The position numbers were made by a program, and so were the translations under genes. The notes beneath the pieces are model-generated. The model was given only the letters and a program-made list of their open reading frames with translations. It was not told where the DNA came from and searched no databases. A stretch of 63,558 nt of DNA, the filler included, from Phoronis australis (Eukaryota; Animalia; Phoronida), in assembly GCA_002633005.1 (NCBI GenBank). It is 9 parts of 9 records of this genome, joined end to end, with 100 filler letters (N's around TTAATTAATTAA, not from the genome) between each part and the next. Parts side by side here need not be neighbours in the genome. Positions count along the whole stretch, not along the records: positions 24,134 to 27,649 come from NMRA01001527.1; positions 27,750 to 39,403 come from NMRA01001685.1; 7 more parts are not named here. One strand, written 5' to 3'. Shown here piece after piece: positions 25,073-36,200 of this stretch; the first letter of the stretch is position 1, and every line of letters begins with the position of its first letter.

Positions 25073-26520
25073 ATGAGTCCGTTACATGCCTTGAAAATTT
25101 TGACGGTGATGATTTGTGCGGAATGTGTACTTAGCTCCCAAGAAAACATGCGACACTGCTGGTTCTCGAAACAAACAGACGTTGTCGTGAAAGCGGCCAG
25201 CCAAACTATTGCGAAGAAGTTTGTGTCGCAGTGTGCGCAAGTGTGCTTACGTGACGTGGAATGTACTGCTTTTTCAGTAGAGGAGGGCACAGACTCAGTC
25301 ATATGCAACTTAACTGCGTCATGTGACCTTGTTCTAGGTACACAACAAAAAGGCTCCCATCTTTATGAGAAAGCAATAGCAGTTCCGCAATTTGGTTTCA
25401 AATGGATTCACACACAACCGAAAACTGGATTGTTTTGGATCTCATCCGGGCAGTCTGGAGTGTGGGCGACACATGCAGACGGTTCCATCTGGTACAAAAG
25501 TGGCACGTACAGAGCGAGCGGAAACAACCCATCGGCGGGAGGTGATTGGGTGCAGATATCAGGCGGCTTAACATACATCTCATCCGGGACAAACGTGGTT
25601 TGGGCAACGAACAGTGGAGGTACTATCTACTATAGGTCGTCAGTAAGTGCAAACCAACCAACCGGAAGTAGTTGGCTGTCAGTAAGTGGTGGTTTGAGTC
25701 AAATAAGTGTTTCCTCCTACTCAAATGAAGTATGGTCCGTAAACAGCGGACAAAATCTTTACCGGCGGCTTGACTCATCGTTGACATCTTTTGGAAGTGG
25801 CTGGACTTACATTGAAGCTAATTTTGCCCATGTGTCAGTGGGAAAAGCAGNGGAACCAACCCATCGGCGGGAGGTGATTGGGTGCAGATATCAGGCGGCT
25901 TAACATACATCTCATCCGGGACAGACGTGGTTTGGGCAACGAACAGTGGAGGTACTATCTACTATAGGTCGTCAGTAAGTGCAAACCAACCAACTGGAAG
26001 TAGTTGGCCGTCAGTCAGTGGTGGTTTGAGACAAATAAGTGTTTCCTCCTACTCAAATGAAGTATGGTCTGTAAACAGCGGACAAAATCTTTACCGGCGG
26101 CTTGGCTCATCGTTGACATCTTTTGGAAGTGGCTGGACTTACATTGAAGCTAATTTTGCCCATGTGTCAGTGGGAAAAGCAGGCGTTTGGGCCGTGAGAT
26201 CAACAGGAGAACTGGTCTACAGGAAAGGAACTTATCAGACACCAGGGACGACTGGGAGCGGCTGGGAGACGGTACATTGCCCATACGCTGTCAATCGAAT
26301 AAGTGTTGGCGATGACGTAGTTTTTATAACTACTTCAGACCGCTTGGTGTATTTCCGTTATGGAATGTGTGCAGGAAACCCCACTGGACGAAAATGGTCG
26401 AGCTTTGAAGGAAATTTTAAACTGATTGATATCGACGACGTAAGTGGTACTATCTGGGCACTGGATGTCGACGGCCGTCCGTGGTTCAGAGAGGGAAGTA
26501 ACAATTGGCAAACAGCCTAA
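25073..26520 (+). CDS. Secreted lectin: signal peptide + PAN/apple domain + six tectonin beta-propeller repeats; intronless, ~371 aa after collapsing an assembly duplication
   Basis: Hydrophobic leader MSPLHALKILTVMICAECVLS; PAN cysteine pattern CAQVCLRDVECTAFS...CNL; repeats of the form W..I.GGL..IS.G...VWA.N..G.IYYR. Bases 25520-25850 recur at 25852-26182 across a single N, which causes the apparent frameshift. Removing 332 nt gives one ORF with exactly six blades. TATTTAAA lies at 25019. Confidence 0.85.
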
Positions 26521-26762
26521 ATTGTCCATCTAGATTAGATTGACATTGGTTTTAGTTCTACAAGTTTTACTTTGCTGTTCTGTTTTTCACTAGCAGATAA
26601 CAATTGATTGACAATAGCCTATGACGTCAGACTAGTCATGATGTAATTTGTTTACAATAGATACTAGAGAACATTCCAGTACATACGTGAGTGACTTAGA
26701 ACAGACTTTAGGGCTAGGTCGGATGTTTTGTTGGTGTAAACTTGTGAATGTACGGTGGAGAA

Positions 26763-26917
26763 TAACCGACAGGACGAAAATGGTCAAGCTTTAAAGGAAA
26801 TTTTAAAATGGTTAAGTTGACATCAATGACGTCACTGGTAATCTTTGGGTGTTGGATGACGACGGCCATCGTGTTTCAAAGAGGAAAATAAAAATTGGCA
26901 AACGGCGTAAACTGTCG
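26763..26917 (+). pseudogene. Degenerate copy of the last tectonin blade and stop region of the upstream lectin
   Basis: GGACGAAAATGGTCAAGCTTTAAAGGAAATTTTAAA...AATTGGCAAACGGCGTAAACTGTC aligns to 26376-26527, with indels. Confidence 0.8.
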
Positions 26918-27751
26918 AATACTCTGTTGGATATTTCCCGCACAGGGCTCAACACCTGATATAACGTCAACTCTTAAAATGCAAAATTTCCAGGTTACCG
27001 AATGGGAACCGAGGTCCTCAAACCTGATTGCTAAGAGCTGCCATATTGTAAAATTGTTGTGAGGACTTATTTGGTAAGTCAGGGGTCTCACGCTCCAATG
27101 GCTTATCTGCACTAATTTGGAAAGGCTTTGTCAAGCCACGCGTTGTGGGCCACCAACGAGATGATGCCTACAGCTGACGCGGCAAACAGAACTATTTTCA
27201 TTCATCACATTGGTGCACACTCACAGTAGAAACTAAGAATTACACTATTATTAACTACACGACTGTCAACTTGTTTCGGGACACTTAATCTCAAAGCTGT
27301 GTGCGCAACGATGATGTGCGATTATTAGAGCGTGTTCACAATGACCAACATTAAAAATGGAGAAAAACAAGTGTATAGTTGACCATCTTATCGGTAAGTT
27401 TGCCTTACCGAAGTTGTGTAATGGACTAACATCTGGAAATCTGATAATAAGTGCGCAAGAGAAAACAAATATATTCCGACGTTTCGGTTTACAACTTTGA
27501 TTAAACGAGACGTCGCAAATATGTTAGTTTTCTCTTGCACACTCATGACCAGATTCCTATAACTGTTATGAAACCAAAACCCAGATTGGAAACATCTAGA
27601 ATAATATCTAGGTGGCATCTTATTTTGCCAGCGACTAGATAGCTCACGTNNNNNNNNNNNNNNNNNNNNNNNNNNNNNNNNNNNNNNNNNNNNTTAATTA
27701 ATTAANNNNNNNNNNNNNNNNNNNNNNNNNNNNNNNNNNNNNNNNNNNNAG

Positions 27752-27905
27752 GCACAGGCAGCTGTTGAGAGAAACGAGGCAGCTACTGAGGACAGACGTG
27801 GTGACACATCTTGGTGCAAATGCACTATGTGCGTTGTTATGCCTACCTCAATGGAATGCTTGTGCTGTTCAGAGTTCGACGAGGCCAAGCCACTACTGGA
27901 CATGG
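27752..27905 (+). pseudogene. KolX-like / P2X7 C-terminal-like Cys-rich fragment
   Basis: The frame from 27752 reads ...EDRRGDTSWCKCTMCVVMPTSMECLCCSEFDE, giving the WCxCxxCxxMPTxxExxCCxE motif of P2X7-ballast/nanor/KolX proteins. Not listed in the ORF track. Confidence 0.8.
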
Positions 27906-28668
27906 TTAAGTGGACCTCCGGCATACCACGGACAGAGGAACAACTGTCACACTTGCCAGAGTGTCCCGCGACACACTCCCACTGGATAGTGACCTGAGCA
28001 CCCAAACTACTTACATCGTGTCGTGTGACTCCCTCGCCACACACCTGGCACCTTCTAAATAGATCCAACACTTCAGACAAGTCCACAATAAACTTATCAA
28101 AGTTTGGCTCACCGATCTGTTCACTGGACGACGAACTGTCCTTTTCACTGGGTGTCGAACTGGGCCTGTAATCACTCCCACTACTCAATATCGCTGCAGG
28201 AGGGCTGCTTAGAGGCGCTGGGCTGGAGAAAACAGCACAGGGCGAATCACTACTGGTTCCAGGAATTTGCACGCTCTGGGGTATGTTCGGAGACACGGGT
28301 GACAGTAGATGAAGTGCCTCCACTGGCTCCAGTCACTGTACTGGCCACAGCTCGCGAGGCTTCTCGCTTCAAAAACGCACTTCTCGGGGGTGGCGATGGG
28401 GCACTGCCGGAAATCAACACAGACGGAATGGCATCCTTCTTCAGGCGTTGTTTTGCAGGGACCTTCATCAGTTCAGCGTACAAATCCCTTTCGTAATCGG
28501 ACGGCAGAAAGTGCTTGCCACACACACGGTAATTCTCCACTGCTTTGTACGTTGCGTGGACGGGTAACGCTGCGTTCTCCACACGAACGAGCCAAGTACG
28601 GTGAAGTGTGTCATCCATCGGAAAGCCATGCAAAGGTACTCCCAAAGCGCGCAGCAACAGTGTGGCAT
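27905..28668 (-). pseudogene. Frameshifted THAP-domain transposase N-terminus (Kolobok)
   Basis: MPHCCCA, then a frameshift, then LHGFP.D....W...RVCGKHF.PSDYERDLYAELM...LKKDAIPS (THAP). A second frameshift leads to KFIVDLSEVLDLFRRCQVC...VTIQWECVAGH...MPEV, a zinc motif that precedes the catalytic domain. The catalytic domain itself is absent. Confidence 0.8.
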
Positions 28669-28937
28669 GTTGACCGACTAGCAAATGAAAGCAAACGACG
28701 ACGGAACTTAATACAACCGAGGTAGAACAATGACTGACTCGGCAGCTATCACAGTCAGACTATATGAAACGAAATTGGCGCGAAATGCTTGCCTCCTAAG
28801 TCGTCACTTCCGGAGTAGCGGACAAGTAATTAATAAAATTACGAAAAGCTGTAATTAAGTGGAAAATATGTCTAGGATAACCAACCAACCTTATTTTAGC
28901 TCAAAATGACATGGAAAAAGGTTGCCTTCGCCTTTAA

Positions 28938-30181
28938 CAAATTTAATAAAGATCCTGCGGTGGGTTTAGGAGATACATCTACGGGCGCAAAACAAAACTA
29001 CCACTAGGAGGCGCCACAGTAGTTGAAGTCGCAATTGTCTCCTCTTCACACTGAGAACATATTTGCCAATTTTCAAAATCATACTTAGAATGATTTGGTT
29101 GATAGAGGGGTAAAAATGGCCACTAGGTGGTGCAAAATATCTCGATTCCATCCGAAAATGAAAGGATAGCGACATCTCACTAACAGATCTGTTGAGGATA
29201 TTTGAAGACACGGTAAACGTAAAAAACTAAAATTACCACCAGGGGGCACACCGGTAGTCAGATCAGTTTGAAAGTCGTCGCCGTTTGTAGTCAACATCAT
29301 ATAAATACACTTGCTAAATTTAGTAATTTAAAAGATCCTGCAAACAGTTTAGGAGATACAACCATGGGCACAAAAAAAATGCTACTGGGAGGCGTCACAA
29401 TAATCGAAGTCATCGGAAGCTCATCGTCAGCCGTCCTCTTCATAGTAAGCATATACACGCCAATTTTCACAATCATCCTTAGAGCAGTTTGGTTGATAGA
29501 GGGGTGGATGCCAAAAAACTGACTCAAAGACAGTAAAAATGGCCATTAGTGTTATGTTCGTGGTTTTCACTAGAATTGCAGAGTTCAAAACATAACCTTA
29601 TATGGCACTGGTAGCTAGAATCATAGATTGTGTAAATTGAGCAAAACAATTCTCTGAAATCTGATTATGACTCATGAGCATATGATCTTTAGTTCTGACA
29701 AACAAGTTTTCAGTTGAGAGTTAGACAGCATAGTGAATAGATGTAGCTTGTAGATCTCTAGAATATACCCACGTAAAACCATAACACAGAGTTGTGTTTG
29801 AAAGAGGTTTTCTTAAATTTAGGTGGTGCAAACTACGTCGAATCCATCCGAAAACTAAAGGATAGTGTCACCTCACTAATAGATGCCAATATGCTATATT
29901 TTATGAAAATCCGGAGAGGACCTTTAAAGATACAGAAATAAATGTAAAATACTAAAATTGCCACTAGGGGACACCGGTAGTCGGATCCATCCGAAAGTTC
30001 GCTCATGCCGTCCCATCCATGAAATGCACACATGTGCAAAATTTCATGAACATACCTGAAAGGGTTTTGGAGATAAAGCATCGGACGCCGGACGGACGCT
30101 GGACGGACACCGAACAGACGCCGGACGGGGATGATGATAACGTATAATGTGTCCACATATAAATTTATAGGCACATAAAAA
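28938..30181 (-). mobile_element. Helentron-associated non-autonomous element (HINE/DINE-like) with internal tandem subrepeats; same family as 56396-58000
   Basis: The reverse complement starts TTTTTATGTGCCTATAAATTTATATGTGGACACAT, followed by a GTCC-like microsatellite and repeated CTAGTGGC-containing units homologous to 56400-57900. Confidence 0.65.
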
Positions 30182-30214
30182 GGCAATTTAGTCCGTAGGG
30201 TTCACAGTACATAC

Positions 30215-33200
30215 CAGTAAAGCATTAGCTTGAGCCAGAGGTCCACCAATGACTGCAGTCGACGTGATGAGTTGTGTAATACTGTCACGTGCGTAAAACC
30301 AACTTCGGCCCTGTAGCTGATCTTTGGACTTTGCGTCCAGTTTGCCCGCCTGCAACTGTAACTCCAGCCCTGCTTCGTATCCATCCACGCAGGCACTGTA
30401 AAGACGCTCTATGAACAAACGCCATGACAGCGACAAGCGCGTTGCAATAATTCTCTCAAACGGAACCTGAAACACAAAACAGGGATGTAAAAGCAGCGCC
30501 CGAGGATCGAAAAGTAAGATTACGTAGGACCCACTATTAGGAATTGTTTTTTTTAAATGTTGCACTTTTGTACGAAAGCATATAAAAATATTATCGTTTT
30601 CACAAAAAACATAAAAATTTCATAAAACGAAACGATAATTTAGAAAACTGCAACAGTATTTTTGCGATTTCATCGTAAACAAAATTTGAATTTGATCATG
30701 TTCTTAATACCCAGGTTTTGCTATCAATATATCATTGGTTTGCTAAATTATACTAAAAAGACATGATATATAGACTAGTCGATAATCAGATTACAGATTT
30801 GTACTTTCAGCAAATATACAGTACTTTCACAGACTGACTTAAAATCTCTATTTTCGACTATTACATGCTGGCACTGACCTCATGTGAAAAAAAATTAATT
30901 TTCGTTGAGGACACTACAGTTAGTTTGGTCTTAATTTCTTCTATACTAACATTAAATGATTGATTCCTCGGCATTGGAAGAACCGACAGTTCTAAAATAT
31001 AAGCAAACGAGAGTTACTCTGTAAATAAGTTAAACGAAGCAAAATATGCATAAATTATGGTACAGGTATAACTTCAGCCCACTATTACTGCCTCATACTT
31101 CTGGTCAGAACTACTCACCTGCTGTATCGCCATCGCTGCAACCTCCCTGAACGTCCTAGCACGTGTCACGAGGTTCTGTCGACGCGGTTTGCCATCACGA
31201 GTCTTTTCGACAGCAGGGTTAAAGGTCAACAACAGAGAAACTAGAACGAGACATTTTAATCATTAACGATCCACCAAAGTTTCCAATCAGATTGAGTTCT
31301 TGTTTTTTTGAAGTTACTTTTCCCACAAAAAGTAATAAATCACGTACCGTATTTCTTCACCAATTAAGTTGATATTATGTTGGGTAAGAGAAATTTAATT
31401 TCTAATCAAACTTTTTAACAAAAAAAGATCAAGAGAATCTAACTGAATTATTTACTAGGTTGGTCTGTACTATATTGATGTCATAAAACAACATTAGGCA
31501 AAGTTTCCATTGTTTGTAGAAAGGTAGAAAGGTAATCAGCTGCTGAAAAACAGAAAAATGGCAATTTTGTCAATGATTGAAAAATTCCCATATTAGTAAC
31601 TTTCAATAGTAAAGAGTGCACGGCTTGCAACTTGAGATTTTTTGACGAAATGTTCCTTGAACGTTACACGGGTTTCTATCTCTTCTTTGTTTTCCATGAG
31701 TTTTACAAGATCAGAATTTTTGTCCCGTCTAGGTTAGGTCTCCCGTCATGAGCGTGCCTCATGTTCACAGGTCACTGTTTATACAACATCCCTAATGTAA
31801 TACTTTCCCGTATTCCACAACTTGTAGGTGGGCCTACAACCTCAAGATGGCGGAGTGAAACTCTCACGAAACGATCCGGTCACTAAGAACTACCCAGTTG
31901 CTAAGAAGTGCAGCACGTTCAGCGGTCAGAGAGAATTAATTATAGCAATACAAATATCTTGACTAGCTCATAGGGAGCATAAGTATACACGATGTTTATC
32001 ATTTACAGTACAAGACAAATTTAGCCAGACAAAATACCGCTTCCTTATCATGACACTTAATTCTGTTAACAATAAAAACAACATCGTACTAACGTTCCGC
32101 CCCACTCATTATCAGTCACGAGGCCGGAAGACTACTCCAACAATGAATTTGGCCCAACCATCGTGACGGGGAATTCTGGGTCCTTTAGTCCGAATACTTT
32201 TGGAGAGTACTGTACTTTCATTATTCAAAACTCAGTGTACCCAGGCAATAACTTTTCTGCGGCGGCCATTTTACCAGCAAGAGCTTCAGTAAGGCTGGTT
32301 ACTTACCATGCACAAGAAAAAATTTGCATTACACTAAACTGGAAAGACACTAGCCCGATTGCTGAATGCAACCCAACTCGTGACAACAAGGAATGGTGTA
32401 TCTTAATAGAATTAGTAAACGTATTGACACTGACGTTGGCCAATAGTGAAATATATCAAACAAACACAGAAAAATCAGGAACCCCAACCGGGAATCAACC
32501 ACAGGTCTCTAAATTGTCGGTCTGGTGCTCTCACCAATGAGCTAATGAGGACCCGTATTATAATAATAGTTTACTTTAGTGCTGTGTACCTGCAATATAC
32601 TGCTGCATGTCTGGATGCTGGTTACCTCTGTACAAACGTGAGACGACTGATGGTATCTCAGTCAGACTCTTGTCTGCCTGACCCTGTGTGGGTGGGGCAT
32701 CACTTGGACGCAGCACTGACCTCGGTAGTTCCTTCACTTCACGTTCGATAATAGACGACACTAGATCTTGACAGCCTACATGTGGACAAGGCAATTGCAA
32801 ACAAATTTTGCTGATTAAAACTTCAGCTAAATTTTCTTCAAATTAGTAGAACACAACAAGAAGGGGAAATAGCAATGTAATTTTGCAAGATAACTCACAA
32901 GATCGCTAATTAGACTCATTAACAAAGAAATGGTAATCGCTTGAAAGTTGTTCACAAGTGTGACGCTGTTCATGTTACAGGGGTTCCATGTGACCACATG
33001 AACAGTTCAAGAGGAAGCAAACATTTCACTGTTGCATTCCGCCAACTGAATTTTGACCTCTCCCACAGAAAGCATAAAAATCATGATATTCCTAATTCCA
33101 TTTGACATCAGCTGCGTGTTCCAACTGTGTTCACTGAATTTTCATTGCTTTTGTAGAGTGACATAGTTTACTCACTGATGCCATATTTTTCTAATACTTT

Positions 33201-36200
33201 TAAATTATCATTGTTGTGAGCTTTTCTTTTGCATACAGCATTTTTCAATAAATAAAATGTATCTAAAAACCGAGCCCTTTTCAATGAACATGAACAAGAA
33301 CGAAGTTTTCAGGCATTTGCTACATTGTTAGATGCCTTTTAAAACTGAAAAAAAGGCAATGTTGGCAATTATTTTTGTCCAAAATTGTTGAGATTTTACT
33401 GTATAAATACCTGGGGCAACTTGAGGTGCCACAGTAGACAGAAGTTTAATGTAACTGTGACCAGGCACTGTTACCTCATCAGGCTCATCTGCAGCTTGGT
33501 TCACTGTCTCTTGTACCTGCAACAGAATGTGGAACTGACCACTACTGAGGGGTCACGCAAGACGGACACAAGGAATTGCGCACTAGTCATTGAGATTAAC
33601 AGATGCTAATTATGTTAATTGTGAAAAGAGCCGCTTACAGTATATTATTGAAGTTTTCACGATGGAGACATCAGCCAGAGTTAAATTATGAGAAAATGAA
33701 TCAATGAACAAATGAATGAATGAATGAAAACAACTGCGATATTTAGTTTTATTTATTTTGGTTTTGTTCAGCATATCGAAAACACTTGGTCTTGTCACAG
33801 CATGTCATTTAATTCACTTCTTTACAAACCCAGAAATGACATATCATCCGAATAAAAAAAAAGCCGAGATTAATTTCATAACGGTAAGTAGTCTAAATCA
33901 TAAGTTTGCCTTATAACATAATAAGTTCTTTGATAAGAAATTAACGCTTCAGTGTCTCAAACTGAGAAGACCGTCCAGAATATCAAAAGCTTTAGGCTAA
34001 TCCCTAAAAAGCAATAAGAGAGCCTACCTGCTGAGGCAAATGAGTTATTCTGAACAACTCATGTGGAAACTTGGCTAGGTTCCTGAATGCACTGACAGCA
34101 ACAGAAGGGTCTGGATTTACAGACTGAGCCCAAAGGACATCTAGTATTTGGTTAGTAAACTCCTAAAATGCAAGCAAAAATTTGCAAAGTCACCATATAA
34201 GGAAACAAGTGGAATACTATGCAAGCCTAAATTCTAAAAAAATGTGATGTTTTAATAAACAAAACCCGCAAATTAAACTTTAAATTCACAAATTGGAACC
34301 ACTTAAAACAAATTTCATTTTTACTGCAGAAAAAAACAAGAGATCAAACTTAAAAATGGAAGACTCGGTGAAAATATTTTGTAACATGCTTAACGAAAGT
34401 GTCAATCTTTCAAAATTCATCAAATAACTTTTAACTGCACATTGTCAAGATCTTGTAATTACCTCATAATCGGGCGTTTCCACCTTCAACTGAGGAACAA
34501 GACTACATAACGAACACATCGCTTGTAGAACAAGTGACCTGCAATGAAACGGTATGAAAAATCCAACAGTGGGTAGTGACAAAACAAGCTGTGTCTATGC
34601 CAGAACCAATCGTTATCGTAAAACAAATTGCATCATCGACACTTTGTAAATTGCCGACTCTTAAAGGAGCATCCCCTTATAACTGACAGCTTAATATGCA
34701 CAGTTGCACAGAATACACTGCAAATGTTTCCATCCATAACAGGAAATGAATTTTGTCCTAAAACAGATAATCCAAGGTATCAGCGAGTACAAACTATATG
34801 TGTCAAGCTACATCGCTTTTGAAAGCACTGGCCAGTCCTTCCTAGCTTGAGTTGCATAGTTTCCCTAACGGATACTCTCTCAATTCCTCCTAGAGACTGA
34901 AATACGTCCCTATCACGGTAAGGACAATTTTGAGTCCAGTTTGATTGCATTAATTTGCCATTTTCAACTGGACACCTAAAGGGAGGAAATGCATAGTTCT
35001 TTTGGAGTTTTCTAGGACCTTAATAAACGACCTCAAGTCAAATATGTAAAAAGTGTATACCGGGTACTTTCTGAAAGGAGAAAGATCGAGGATTCTAAAA
35101 ATATGTTTCTTACTACTGTATCTTTATTATTGTTACGTGACCGTGTTTTTTAAGTCAAGTTTTCATGTGCAAGAAAGGTACATCTATACCAAAATAACCC
35201 CCCTCGCCAATTTTTTAAACGAAAATGCTGTTAAGAGTTTTTCATTATTCTTTTAGTTCAGGTTTTATGCCTAATTAACTCGCAAAACACAAGGCATTTT
35301 TGTAAAAAGTAGCAGGCAGTCTTATTAATCTGTATATCACTTGATACGCGAAAACTAGCTATTTAAAAGCAAAATCCCTAGAGCTGAGGTCGTTTATTGT
35401 GGTCCTAGATACGCTTAAAGTCCTTCTCTCAAACTGCCCATGTGGTTCCAGTATCCGAAAACACTTACTTCATAAATTCTTATTTTCGACACCCTTTCTT
35501 TATATTCTTTTCGCCTTTCTTGCCAAAAGCGATTTTTGAACAGTATTTGACCCTTCTCTGTGAGCGTATAATTACCGGCTGTCATCGGTTATTTCCGTAC
35601 CCACATTTCCGGCTCATCAGTTCAGGAACTTGTCCTGAACGCCACCATTTTTTCCTTGTAACTGAATGTGCTATGGCTATGCTCAAAAAGTCTTCATTAT
35701 TTTGTTTTATTAGTAATATATCGTGATTCGTTTGCATATGTAGTGTATTTATAGTTTGTAGTTAGTGGTAATTGATTTTTTTTGGAATGTTACGCGTACT
35801 TAGTATGTTAAAATACATGTAGCATTGGTGTTTAGTTCCTTACGTAGGCCGGTCAAACCTAGGAACCCGTGGGTCGAACCAATTTTTTTCGGTTTTATTT
35901 TTTTTTCTCGTTTTGAAAAAGTACTTTGCTATCATCGGAAAGGTAGTACATTCTACTCAGTAAAATCGAAAAAGTATCAAAATCGGGGCAAGCAGTGTAA
36001 AGTTATTGCAAGTTTTGTGGCGAAATTTGGGTCACTTTGTTTGGATCACGTCGGCCATATTGGAGGACAGCGGGATAAGTTACGAGTTTAAAACTTTGTG
36101 TAAATTGTTTTCGCCAACAAATTACGGTGAAATTTAGTTAGACATATCTTTACTTAATATTCTGCACGATTTAACAGTTTTCACCAAATTTCAGCCTCGC

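Larger units (their letters stand above)
27750..28933 (-). mobile_element. Internally deleted Kolobok-type DNA transposon; its other end is lost at the spacer
   Basis: The terminus reads TTAA-AGGCGAAGGC on the - strand (TTAA at 28934-28937). It carries a THAP-transposase remnant on - and a convergent Cys-rich KolX-like remnant on +. Confidence 0.8.

Noticed and set aside
25061-26520. Two overlapping lectin genes, or a programmed frameshift
   Set aside because: The frame change falls exactly on a single N between duplicated sequence, and collapsing it gives one canonical six-blade ORF.
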